Assembly (NCBI GenBank): GCA_964016885.1
Contig: OZ024741.1
Location: 112,220,001-112,284,000 of the forward strand
Reading direction: 5' to 3'
DNA: 64,000 bases
DNA from: Eledone cirrhosa
Lineage: Eukaryota
A program made the position numbers and the translations under genes. Below, piece by piece: positions 45,738-59,129 of the stretch; position 1 is the first letter of the stretch; every line of letters starts with the position of its first letter. The notes below the pieces were generated by a model. The model was not told the origin of the DNA and did no database searches. It saw only the letters and a list, made by a program, of their open reading frames with translations.

Positions 45738-46070
45738 TATTTGACAACTGAATTGAATTAGCAGCTTTAACTATACTCTTTTTACTACAGAAAATAGTCT
45801 AATAACGGGGCATATAAGCTCCCATAATTGGAGACAATGCGTATCAGCACACATAGAAATCAAACTCACACCTCTTATTTTAATGATGAATGTACTGGAT
45901 CAAATGAACAACTATTTTCATATGTGTGCTCGCTGATTATACCAATTGGTGTAATTGACTAGCAGACTGATTGCAAAAATAAGAGATGCATGCTGATACC
46001 CCTTTTTTCTGCTTATTTTCTGTTGAAAAAAATATGGTGAAAGCTGTTAATTCAATTCAATTTTCAAATC
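45738..46070. repeat. Degenerate inverted-repeat element
   Basis: TTTGACAACTGAATTGAATTAGCAGCTTT...CAGAAAATA versus TATTTTCTG...AAAGCTGTTAATTCAATTCAATTTTCAAA. Confidence 0.5.
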
Positions 46071-46107
46071 TCAGTTGCCACCATCTTGTAAACAACATTA
46101 GATTTGC

Positions 46108-46144
<37 letters not shown>

Positions 46145-46182
46145 TAAAAAAAAGAAAATTTCGCTCTACATGGCTGAATACA

Positions 46183-46428
46183 ATAAATGTAATCTGATTT
46201 TTTCGAATATTAATAATAACATTCGATTCGTTTGCAATTATGCAAACAAGCCTCAATTTTATAGCCATGTCAGTAGAATGAACACTTCATTTTTGCTCTT
46301 CGCATGCCAACACAAGAGCAAGAATGAAGTGTTCATTCTACTGACATGGCTATAAAATTGAGGCTTGTCTGCATAATTGCAAACGAATCGAATGTTATTA
46401 ATATTCGAAAAACTCAGATTACATTTAT
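46183..46428. repeat. Near-perfect long hairpin (~117-bp arms, 13-nt loop)
   Basis: 46183-46300 versus 46314-46428. The ORFs on the two strands share translated segments, which confirms the palindrome. Confidence 0.95.
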
Positions 46429-46957
46429 ATATATATAAACATTTTACTTCCATTTTTCCATACTTCCATAGATATGTGTGTATTGGTGTTGATACTATTT
46501 TATTCTCTTTACATTTGAACTGATGGCCTAGGCAGTGATAATTGTTTACATTCATGCAAACAATTATCATTGCTCAGTGTTTAGACATGTGATGATCATA
46601 TACACAAGTGTTACATTTATCTATCATTTTATTTCTTCTCTCTTCCAAACATCCTGTAGTCTTATACTTATTCTCTCTTCCAATGAGGAATTATTTTCTG
46701 AAACATTAAGAATCTTTTACTACTATATCAAGTACTAAAGTAATATATATCCTCATTGTATTGTATTGTTCTTCCATGTTATTTTTCCTTGTTGACATTT
46801 CTTATGCATTCATATATATATATATATTCTTGTTTAAACATTAATTCTGGATTTATGCTATGTGATTCAAAGGATACCGTTGAGTCAAACTCTCTTGTAA
46901 GCAGCTTTCTTGTTTAAATATTCATTCCGGATATACATAAACAAAACCTTATCTACC

Positions 46958-46999
<42 letters not shown>

Positions 47000-48039
47000 C
47001 AAATATACATATATGCATGTATGTATGTGTGTGTGTGTATGTGTGCTTAATCACACATACCCAGATATAGACATATATATGCATTGGTGTATAAAGAATA
47101 AAAAAATATAACTCTAAAATTATTTATGAGAATAACAAAAATGACGATTTCATTTGGTGGAAATATTATTGAAATATATATAAGAGGCAGATAAACAAAT
47201 GATAAGAATTTACATCACCATAGTTTATATTAAATCAATATCTAAGAAAATAGATTAAAATATTTAAGATATAGAATAAAATAATGATAACAATGAAAAA
47301 CCTGCCTAAATTAAATGAGCTAGGACCAATTCAGTATATATCATGAATATTCATGTTTAAGGAACCTTGAACAACAACACAACTAGTGCTTTTACACTTT
47401 GGATTCCAACCCTCCTGGAACTGCCAAGTTTTTTTTTTTATAAAACAATGCATTTCATTTTAAAGTGTTTATATATATATATATATATATAAACCTTCCA
47501 CAAAAATTCCAAGTATGAACCTTTTGATAAGTTTCAGACAACAGCTTAATGCAAAAGTTAGTTATTTTTGTAAGCCATTCTGAATTGTTGATTATTTTCA
47601 AAATTAATTCAAAGTCATAGGCAGTGTCTTTCATTAGGAATATGGTAACCAAATGGGTAAGACCATTTTCCTAGCTAAAGCAGGAGTTAGACTTACAGGC
47701 CTCATGACAGCCTACTTGGCAATGGAAGCCGTTTTGCAGTCAGATGCCCTTGTGGCACCAAACGTTTTAGTTACCTCCAATGACATGCAGTGATATGGTG
47801 CACCAATTCTAAACTGGATATACACAGAGAATCTTAAAACTTACTGACACATAATAATTACTGATGAAGAAGATTATTTTTCTTATTGGTTTATCATATT
47901 CATTATCATCCTTATCATTGATATCATTATTATTGCTGTTACATGGTTTTAATGTTCTGGCCAGTATAAATATGCTTCCAATTGTGCCACAACCCATGGC
48001 TGAGGATGAGGAGCATTCTTGTCCTTTCTTTTATTAGGA

Positions 48040-48500
48040 TTCTCTCATACTGTTCATAGCTATCCCCATTTTCAGTTCAGAACACTGGATAATACTTGCT
48101 GATTAAATTAAACAAAGTTTTTGTACTGTATCTACTCCAATATTCAGATCTAGTTTCACAAGGTTTACTTTCAAATTCTTTTTTACAGTTCCCAAGGCTT
48201 CAATGAAAATTGGCAAGATTATGATCTTGTCAACTTCTTCCAGCACTTGAGAATTTCATATTGCAAGTCTGTGTAATATTCTACATTTTCTCTCTCCTTT
48301 TTTTTTCTTTTTGTTACTCTGACATCAAATGGATATGTCAATTACCAGATATACCTTTTTCTTCTTACCAACAATCCCAATATCTGACTTGTGCTGCATT
48401 TTCTTTTCAGTTTGTATGGAAAATCCCATAGAAGTTGCACTTTGTATTTTTCAAGAATTTAATTTCTGCTCCCACACAATGGTCATAGTTATTTTCTGTG
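48040..48500 (-). pseudogene. Old R4/Dong restriction-like endonuclease fragment
   Basis: Minus pieces (frameshifted) resembling LLWDF, IQTEKK, DIGIVGKKKKVYLVIDI, IILPIFIEALGTV. Confidence 0.55.
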
Positions 48501-48509
48501 TATGCAAAA

Positions 48510-49375
48510 CCTGGCAGTATCAGCAGAGCACCGGACACCATGCTTTGTGGCATACAGTTATGGCCCTTTACATTCTGAGTTCAAATCCCTCCGAGGTAGC
48601 TTTGCTTTTCATCCTTACAAGGTCGATAAAATAAAGTACCAATAAGTACTGGGGTGATTTAATCGACTTTCCCTTTCCCTTCAAATTGCTGGTCTTGTGC
48701 CTAAAGTTGAAACAATTATTATTATTATTATTTCATTACAGTCCTTTATGTTCTGGTTTCAAATCTTGCCAAAGTTAGCTTTACTTTTAATCCTCCTGGG
48801 ATCAATAAACTAAAGTACCAGTAACATATTTAATCGATTTTCACTCACCAAAATTGTTGGCCTTGTGCCAAAATCAGAAACCATTATTATTGTTATTATT
48901 TCCTTGCAAGCAGGGAAAAGCGGACGCAAAATGATGATGATGATGATGATGTGGCCTTTATTATTAAAGTAATCTTTGCCTTTCTTACTTACAGGGGCGA
49001 TTAAATATAGCACCGGTAATGCACTGGGATAATTGCTGGCCCTGTGCCAAAAGTAGAAACAATTATTTCATTGTGGCGTGTATGTTCAGGTTCCAAATTA
49101 CACTTTCATCAACTTTGTATTTCATCCTCCTGGGATGGGTAAAATAAAGTACCAGTAAAGTACTGGGGTCGATTTAATCAACTTTCCCTTTCCTGCAAAA
49201 ATTGTTGAGCTTAAATTAGAAATCGTTATTATTAAAGTCAAATTTGCCTTTCATACTTACGGGATCAATAAAATAAAGCACCAGCAATGCACTGGGGTCG
49301 ATTTAATCGACTTTCCCCTCCCACAATATTGCTGGCTTTGTGCCCATAGTAGAAATCATTATTATTATTATTGTT
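48510..49375 (+). mobile_element. Head-to-tail array of ~5 ATT-tailed SINE copies/fragments
   Basis: Repeated AAAGTACCAG ... GCCTTGTGCC..AGAAAC-ATTATT modules separated by ATT runs. Confidence 0.85.
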
Positions 49376-50439
49376 ACTATCATTATTTATTAATTAATAT
49401 AAAGAGATTAGTAAAAATCTACAAAACTTCTCTATCTCACTAATTAACTTTGTCAATTCCAATTAGTGTTGTTGTTATTATCATAGTTGTTATGTTTTAA
49501 ATCTGTTTGTCTATTTATTTACTTATTTTGTTTGTATGCGTGTGTCCATATTAGTTATTAGATATGTTTAGTTATTGATTTATTTATTTGTTATTAGTAT
49601 TATTATTATTATTAGTTAGCCATTGATTTGTTTGTTTGTATCAACAGCACTGGGGTATTATTCTTTTATCTTCTTCCTCGTTAATATATGCTTCGGTTGA
49701 TTATTCTAAGGTGAGAGTTAATAAGTAAGTGGATGGGTGGGTGGGAAAATCAATAATCTATAGTGTTCTTCACAATTAACTTACACTGCCCCCTTCATTG
49801 TATCAAACACACTCCTTTATGCTTGTTAGGTTTTCTTTACATGTTTGTTTGTTTGTTACATTAATAGCTTTAATAATACCAGCAGCAACATATGCAACAA
49901 CAGATGCAGCAACAATAGCAGCAACAACAACAGCAAGAGCTAACATGGATTCTTTTGTGAATATTACAAAAAAGAAAAAGGCAATGACAAAAAGAAAAAA
50001 AAACCCAAAACCATCACTGTCCCATTGTTGTTGTTGATTGTTGTTGATAGGATCAGATAATTCATTTTTGTTTTATTTCTGGAAATATTTGCAATAAAAA
50101 TATGTTGGTGATGATAGTGGTGGTGGGTGGGATAATAATGATAAGGAGATTAATGCTTTAAAAGCTGTTATTGTTAGTGATGATGAAAATGAAGATAATA
50201 ATGAGGAGGAGGAAGTTATGAATGAAGAGGATATAAAAAAAAAGGGATGGCGGTGATAATCATAATTATAATAATTAATGATAGTGATGATAACAGTGAT
50301 GAAAAAAAATTCATCACTTAAGATAAAAAATAAATTTAATAATAATAATATGAAAATATTAATGGTATCAATGATGAATGATAAAATGATAATAATGTTG
50401 AAAAAATATGATAATAATTATACCAATAATATCAATGAT

Positions 50440-51422
50440 GGTTTATAGCTTTGGCATAAAGCCTGAAAATTGTATGGGAGAAACATAATTGATGTAGTTG
50501 ACCTGGGTGGTATGCAACTTATTTTGCTTATTCATTTATTGTTTTTTTTAAAACCCTGGAAGCATGAAAGGCAAAATTAACCCAAGTGGTGTACAAAATG
50601 AAACCATAAATGGAGAGGGCTAAATGCCACAAGTGATTTCATCTGTTGTCCTATTATTTCCATTTCTCCCCTTCTTTTTTAATAATTGATTCTACTTTTT
50701 CGCACAAGGCCAGCAATTATCCCAGTGTATTACTGGTGCTTTATTTTATCAACCCAGTAAGGATGAAAGGTAACCTCGGCAGGATCTGAACTCAGAACGT
50801 AAAGGGCCATAACTCTATACTGCAAAGCATGGTGTCTGATGTTCTACCGATACTGCCAATAATAATTGTTTCTACTTTAGGCACAAGGCCAGCAATTACC
50901 CAGTGCATCACTGGTACTTTATTTTATCGACCCCGTAATAATAATGATGATGTTTGTGATGATGATAACAACAATAATAATAATTGCTATTTCTACATTT
51001 GTCACAAGGCCAGCAATTTGATGGAAATTGGGAAAGTCAGTTAAATCTACACAGTGCAATACTGGTGTTTTATTTTATTGACCCTGTAAGGATGAAAGGC
51101 AAAGCTAACATCAGCAGGATTTGAACTTAGAATATAACAGACTATAACTATATTTTTCAAAGCACGTTGTCTGATGCTCTGCCGATACTGCCAATCCCCT
51201 GAATAATAGCAATAATAATAACAATAATGAGGCACAAGACCAGAAATTTGGGTGGCAGCTGGGTTATTCAAAAATATTGATCACACTACTTTAATGGTAA
51301 TTTATTTTATTGATTCTGGTAGAATGAAAGGCAAAGTTGACTTTGGCAATAACAATAAAAATTGTTTCTACTTTTGGCACAAGGCCAGCAATTACTCCAG
51401 TATGTTACTGGTACTTTATTTT
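50440..51422 (-). mobile_element. Array of ~6 ATT-tailed SINE copies/fragments, opposite orientation
   Basis: Repeated TTTCTAC..GGCACAAGGCCAGCAAT and GGATGAAAGGCAAAG modules. Confidence 0.85.
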
Positions 51423-51519
51423 CATAATAATGATAAAAACCATTATTCATTTGACACTATTATTACTTATTGGACAATAATGTGGAATTTCTACCAAATG
51501 CATAGCCACCTTTTTGGCT

Positions 51520-51838
51520 CTAGAGGTACTTTACCCAATTTTCTCAACTATCATTTGTAGTGATTGACTATTCTTATAGTCATTTACGTTGGGACGACTA
51601 CATATCAGATTTCAAATTTTCCCAATGTTTCTTGAGTTGACTGAATATTCACACTTTTAACTACAGGTTTAAAATCTTCTGAAAAATGGTAATTGGTTGC
51701 AGGGACCCCTTAGTGTAAAGGTTAACATACTTGTCTGGTATCCTAGAGATGCAGGGTTCAATTCCTTGTCCAGAATCTCTCAACTCTTTTCCATCTTCAG
51801 AGATACTTTACCTGATTTGCTAAACTGTTATTTATAAT
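51520..51838 (+). repeat. Tandem (~278-bp period) tRNA-like repeat
   Basis: AGAGRTACTTTACC..TT recurs at ~51522 and ~51800. tRNA-like 51702-51772 (TAGTGTAAAGG; GGTTCAATTCC). Confidence 0.55.
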
Positions 51839-52381
51839 AATTTTATTTAGAGTAAAAAAAAAAAAGGTATAGAAAATGACTATGATAATGATGATGATAA
51901 TATAATGATATTTTAATAAGTAGGAGGAACCTGTTGAAGTAAAAGGCCAAGGTGGGAAGGGTTAGAAGCTGATCTGAAGATGCTGAACCTCAAAAAAAAG
52001 ATGGTAATGGTCCACAACTAGGGTAGGGGTGACAAGGGAAATGGTATGCTGGGTCAAATGCTGTTCAACCTATTCTAGCGTCGGGTGAGGGAATGAGTGA
52101 GGGTGTTGGGGATGTAAAATCATGATTATGATGATGATGATGATGAATCATGATTCCTAAGTTTTTTCTAATATTGATTACTAACATAATAAGAACAACA
52201 ACAATAATAGTGATGATTATAATGATGATAATAATAACAATAATAAAAATAACTACGATTAGGATGATAAGGAAAAATTAACAATATAAAATAAATATTC
52301 TGACAAGGTCAATAACAACAACAGTACAAAAATCTGAGATAAATATCTATTGGAGAAAATTGGTAAAAACAAAATAAAATG

Positions 52382-52384
<3 letters not shown>

Positions 52385-52458
<74 letters not shown>

Positions 52459-52544
52459 TAGAAAAAAAAGTGTGGGTGTATGTGTAAGAAAGAGTGAGAG
52501 ATACACACATATATATATATATGTGGACATGTAAACACACACAC

Positions 52545-52594
<50 letters not shown>

Positions 52595-52720
52595 CGTGTG
52601 TGTATGAGAGAGGTACAGGCAGATATACAGATAGGTAGAGAATAAAAGCTTAAAGACATTAAAATTACACCTTCAAACTGAACCTTGTGCTTTAAAGATA
52701 CTTTAAATTGACAGTGTAGA

Positions 52721-52777
<57 letters not shown>

Positions 52778-53740
52778 TCGTGGTGGAAGGAACAGGAGTG
52801 GGGATGATGGAGTTGAGGACTAGTATTGTCTGAATAGGAGGAGAGACAGAGAGAAGAAGGCTGACAATCAATATTGAGCTGTCTGATATTCTCTACTAAA
52901 GTTGTTGGTAAACAATAACAATAGGGACCAGCTTTTGCTGGCTTCTTTCTTGTTGACTGGATATTTGGGAGTTGGTATTGTTATTGATGATGGTACTGGT
53001 GATAATGATAGTGATGGTGGTGGTGGTGGTTATGTTGGTGATGCTAGTGGTGTTTGTTGTTGGTAATGTTGGCGGCTTGTTGTTGAGGATGTTGGAAATG
53101 GCAGTGACAGATGTGGTAGTGTTTCTTGTTGGTGGTGATGGTGATAGCAGAGGTGTTGCTGGTGGTATTTGTTGTTACTATTGTTGTTACTATTGTTGTT
53201 GCTGTTATTGATGGAACAATAATATTGGTGATAGTGGTGATACTGTTTGTTGTTATTGCTATTGATAATGGTGATAATAATGTTGGTGATGGTGAGGATT
53301 ACGTTGTTGTTGTTGTTGGTGGTGGTGAGGGCGGGGTGATATTTGATGTTATTGATGGTGATGATGTTTGTTGTTATTGTTGTTGATGGTGGTGGTGATG
53401 TTGGTGCTGGTACTGATGGAGGTGGGGCATGGTGTTTCTATAGTTGGTTTGGTTTCTTTATTTTAGCTGGAGATCACTTGTGAAATAAAAGAGAGAAATA
53501 AAATGAAAAGCACAAATAATCATCACATCAGCACAAGAATTTTAAAAGATAAAAAAAAAAAGTAGGAAATAAAATGAAAATAAAAACAACCTCCGATTTA
53601 TTGGCTTGGAAATTTATGGGCGGAAAATTTCATTATCTACTGACGACAAAGTAATTGCTTTTCCTCTTTGCTTTGTTTATTATTATTATTATTATTATTA
53701 TCATCATCATCATCATCATTATTATTATCATTATTGTATT
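52385..53740. repeat. Simple-repeat tract: (TA)n, (GA)n, (TG)n, (GGT/GTT/GAT)n, (ATT)n
   Basis: Directly visible. Confidence 0.85.
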
Positions 53741-53949
53741 TTCCCCTCCCTCCAGACAACTTCTATTTAAAATGTTTAAAGCTATCATTGTGTGTCTGTG
53801 TGTGAGTACGGAGGGATGTGGTTTATTTTGTGTTTTTATTATTGTTTAAGTATAGTAAAAGATGTGGCAAGCACCATGATATGATGATAACATCTCCCAG
53901 CTGTGCTCATATAAAAAAGTATTATTATTTGGACTAAATGCTTTACCTG

Positions 53950-55778
53950 GCATCTTTAGTTACAGAATATTCACAATCCTGAGTTCAAATAATGTAGAGG
54001 TTGGCTTTAACTTTTGTTTTAAGGTCAATAAAATAAGTACCAGTCAAGTACTGGGTGTCAATTTGATTGACTTGTTTTCACCTACCTAACAAATTTTTAG
54101 ATTTGTGTCAATGATAGAAACAATTATTATTATTACTATTATTAGGGGGAGGAGGAGGGCAGTAGATTGACAAAATCAATTGGTAGAACGTCAGACAACA
54201 TGCTTGGTGGCATAGAGTTACGGCCCTTTACGTTCTGAGTTCAAATCCTGCTGCGGTTAGCTTTGCCTTTCAGCCTTACGGGGTCAACCAGTAATGGTTG
54301 ATTTAATCGACTTTCCTCTCCTCTCAAATTGCTGGCCTTGTGCCTAAATCAGAAATCATTATTAAAATTAGGAGGGCTGAGGATTGGTAGTATTGGTAGA
54401 GCATTGAACAACATGCTTTGTGGCATATAGTTATGGTCCTTTATATTTTGAGTTCAAATCCCACCAAGGTTAGCTTTGCCATTCATCCTTACGGAGTTAA
54501 TAAAGTCAAGTACCAGTAATGCACAGGTGTTAGTTGAAACAAATTTCCCCTTACTTTCAAATTGCTGGCCTTGTGCCAAATGTAAAAACAATTATCGGTA
54601 AAGGGTCGGATGCCATGCTTTGCAGCAAAGAGTTACGGCCCTTTATGGTCTGGGTTCAAATCCCGCCGAGGTTAACTTTGCCTTTCATCCTTACGGGGTC
54701 AATAAAATATAATACCAGTAATGTACTGGGTAATTTGCTGGCCATGTACCAAAAGTAGAAACAATTATTATTAGTATTGCCTTTCATTCTTATGGGGTCG
54801 ATAAGATAAAGCACCAATAATGCACTGGGATCAATTTAATCGACTTTCCTCTCCCATGAAATTGCTGATCTTGTGCTTAAATTAGAAATCCTTATCATTA
54901 TTGTTGTTGTTTAGTCAGTAGATTGGTAGAATTACTAAAGCATCAAACAAAAGGCTTTAGAATTTGTCTGTTCTACTAATCTATCACCTTCTGTGGTACT
55001 CAATAATAATACAAATAATAATTTCTACCATTGAAACAAGAGAATCAAGAGATATCTACTTTAAGCACAAGGCCAACAATTTTGCCTATCATCATTCTGG
55101 GGTCAATTGAATAAAGTACCAATCAAGTACTAAGGTCAAGGCCTTGTGACTAAATTAGAAACCATTAAGAAAGGGCAGTAAATATCAGAATCAGTAACCC
55201 AAGAGAATGTCAGACAAAAGATCTTGTGGTATTTATTTATGTCCCTCTATATTGTAAGTTCAAATTAAACCTGGTTCTACTTTGCCACATTTTTTCTTCT
55301 GTGGTCGATAAAATAAGAATTAGTTAAGTGTTGATGTTGATTTCATTTATGGATTCTTGTATTTTTAGGTTCTCTTGTTTCAATCATAGAAATTATTATT
55401 TGTATTATTATTGAGTACCACAGAAGGTGATAGATTAGTAGAATTGTTAGAGTATCAGACAAAATTTTGTGTGGCATTTAATTACACCTCTTTATGTTCT
55501 GAATTAAAATCCTGCTGAGTTCACATTTTCACTTTAATCTTCCTGGGTTGATAATTTAAAGTACCAATCAAGTACTGCAGTTGATTTAATTGATAGTTGT
55601 GTGTCTGAATTGGGTCCATTATTGATGCTTTGACGCATAGAGTTACGGCCCTTGTCATTCTGAGTTCAAATGGTGCCGAGGTTAACTTTGCCTTTCATCC
55701 TTACGGGGTCGATAAAATAAAGTACCAGTAATGCACTGAGTAATTGCTGGCCTTGCGCCAAAAGTAGAAACAATTATT
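53950..55778 (+). mobile_element. Head-to-tail array of ~9 ATT-tailed SINE copies of mixed divergence
   Basis: Well-preserved copies at ~54155, 54375, 54593 and 55625, with degenerate copies between them. Confidence 0.85.
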
Positions 55779-57489
55779 GAGTACTATAAAGTATAGGAAA
55801 TCTGGTGAGTAGAGAACATAAACTGGTGTTAACTTTGATTTCAGCCATTTCAGCCCTTTTACATTGCAATTCTTCTCTTTCTGTAACTCAGGGCTTTATG
55901 AAAGTACAAACCACAGAAGCCTCTCACAATCGAGTATGACTTGGTAGTATGTAAGGGTTTTTAGTAACCATGATGTAAGCTGATAGAGACACTCTCTTGA
56001 TCCCCTCCTCCTCATTTGATCCCTTGGAAGGGAACGGAAAGGGCTGCACCATCATTACACTGGTACTTTATCGGTACCCAAAAGAATGAGATTTCAACTC
56101 AGAGTGCATAATACCAAAAACATTGTTCCATTTTGGGAAGATTTTGCACTTAATATTTGCTGATGTAATACTAAGCTAGTTTCACTATTCTTCACCATTA
56201 CATTTGTTATAGAGTTAATTTGAATGTGTCAGCAAATTTTCAGTGAATGTAAGCATGCAACTCTAGTTTCAATGCTATGTTGTAGATTGACATTTATAAT
56301 CAAATGCTTTGAGAAAAGTGTGATATCAGAATATTTAATTTTTTTTTCTTCTCTATAGATTTGACACTTATAGAGGAAATTACGATAACTATTATAATTA
56401 TGCATTGTAGTGAAACTGTAAGTTTTCTACTAAACCAATTCTGTGCCGCCTCTGGTTTAAAATGCTAAGACAAATAATTTCATTCTCATTTCTACTTGCT
56501 AAAGTATTTGAGGAAAATCTAAGTGACACAATCTCTTAGTAACCATTATCAGGAGAGTACATTTTTGTTTTGTTTTGCGTTTGGATTTCAATTACTAATT
56601 TTTATGCATCAAAATACAAACAGCTGAACAGATATATATATAGAAAGATAGAGCTAGCAGTGTTTCTGATTAAATGTTTAATTCAAGAGACAACTGAGTG
56701 AAAAGTTTAACTATTTCATTACCATATTTCTAATAAAAGTCACTGCTATCGTTTTCAAATACTTTTGAAAATAATGAAAATTGTAGAAAGATATAACTAA
56801 CTTTGTAACATAACTTAGAAATATGCTTATACAAAATTATGATGAAAAGTTTGTAGATAAAAACAAACACTTTAAAACAAAAGAGCTAGGGTTAAATGGA
56901 CTGGTATCAAAGGACAACCAAATGACAAGTTTTAAGATAGAGGCCCACTCTTGTTATTTGTTTATGTTTTTGGATTAACTAATCAGCCTTGTCTTAGCAT
57001 ATAATCTGATCAAAATCTTACGTACTACTCCTATTTGTATGTGCAGAATTTAGTAATAAGATAGACAGCCATGGGAAAGATACTTATTCCAAATAATTAC
57101 ACAGTGAAAATGTTTCAAAGAAAAGGTCACAAGCAGGGCAATGAAAATATTGACACCAAGAAATAATTGATATAAGTAAATATAAAGTGAATTTTAACAG
57201 GTTTTGTATGGTTTTTAATGATTAAATAGACTTCCATAATGTAATTGCATTAGTTTCAATACAAGGACTCAGATGAAGTCAGCTGCCAAACATGTACAGA
57301 TCTTGAGTTCCGAATGTAAGCAAATAACAATTAGACTATTGAAAAGACTCATTTATGAAGACTACCAAATTACATGAGATATGTATCTTGCAAGAATAAG
57401 GTGGAAGAAAAACTGAAATTTACTTCTAACACATTACCTTTTCTCTTGAGAAGATTTTTCTGTTGTGTTAAAGACATGGCAACCTCCAG

Positions 57490-58050
57490 AGTATTGGTGA
57501 TTTACATGATAAAAGGACCCAGTACACTCTGTAAAATGGTTAGGGACAGGAAGGGCATCCAGCCATAGAAAAGCTGCAAACAAAGGGTCAGGAGGATTCT
57601 TCAGATTTATTAACATCCCCTGTGTTGGTACGTACCATGATAAAATGCACCCCTAGAGCAGAGGAATGTTTTGTAAGTGGGACCCCTTTCCAGCTGAGCA
57701 CTGGTTAGAGTGTGGGAATGTAAGTTAGTGATATGCATATTCCTGGTCCACCTGAGAGGTTAGTAACTCTGTTTGAGAATTACTCAGTCTGTGACACCCC
57801 CACCCAGCTCTTGCTAGCAGAAAAAGTAGACGTTAAATGAGGATGATATATGACTAAAAAGTTATGATTGAGTTGAAAAGATATAAATATCAGTAAACTA
57901 TAATTTCATCATCATCTTAAACTCACTTTCCATGATGGTATGGGTCCGATGGGCTATCATATTCCATATTTGGCATGGTTCATACAGCTGGATATCATTC
58001 CTAATGTCAACTTCTCTACAGAGTGTACAGTGTACAATTTATCATGGCAT
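57490..58050. mobile_element. Degenerate RTE-type 3' UTR fragments (+ then -)
   Basis: AGGAAGGGCATCCAGCCATAG at ~57548; GACGTTAAATGA tail; (CAT)n-initiated reverse copy at ~57905. Confidence 0.55.
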
Positions 58051-59055
58051 CAACAGTACAGAGGATGGTATATCTTTAACAGGACCAAAAGGTACTATCT
58101 ATTCTACAATGTATATTAGAATAAATATACATTTCTTATATAACTGAATTTTCAGAATTCCTTCTGTATGGTTATACATTTAATAAGTCAATGACACTGA
58201 CAAGATATCAGATTCACAGTTCATCAACATATTATTTGTATTTCACAGCATCCATTGTATTGAGTCACGTGAGGAAAAAAACATGTGAAATTGTCTATAT
58301 TTTAAACAAATAATATGACAAAGGATGTTTTTGATTTCACAGAAATGTTTGAGAGAAAAATTTCTATATGTATCCAGTTTAGAAGAGCAACACAATATCT
58401 CTGCATGTCACAAAAAGTTACTTAAATAGCTTGAATTCAGGAAGGGTATCCAGGTGTAAAACATTGCTTCAAAAAGAACCCCATAAAATCTGTTGAGGTT
58501 TGCAAGGTAAACTCCTGCTTTAGCAGGGAAAATGGCCTATAAATGCTTGTGTTATTGTTGCTGTTGTTTGGAAGAGATGGAGAGCATTCTGGCAGTTATT
58601 TTGCAGTAAAAAAGGTTTATTCCAAGCCTGGAGGTTCACCAGCCCAGCTTATCCTGGGTTCATTGGTGTTAATAGTACAAGATACCACTCTGGACAGCAT
58701 GCCAATCCATTGTAGGGTTAACCTCCAACTATTGCTCATACTCATTTACTCATTTTTAGCTGAGTGATCTGAAATGAAGTGTTTGTTCAAGAACACACAG
58801 TGCCATCCAGTCTAAGAATTCAACCCATGACAATACAATTGTAAGTCCAGCACCCTAACTATGATGCTACATGTAGATCATCAAAATAACTCATTCATAC
58901 TTGTATCATGCAGACTCATGCAATAGTTTAATGGTGCTAACCAGTTGTTGCTCTTCTCTTTTATTCTATCTTTCATTTTCTTTCTCTATCTCATGCACAC
59001 ACACATTTATGAAAAATCTACACACACATATACAGAAAATCTACACAAACACATT

Positions 59056-59129
<74 letters not shown>

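Noticed and set aside
51702-51772. Functional tRNA genes here and at 1012-1065 and 21245-21325
   Set aside because: Acceptor and anticodon stems do not pair properly; these are tRNA-derived repeats.
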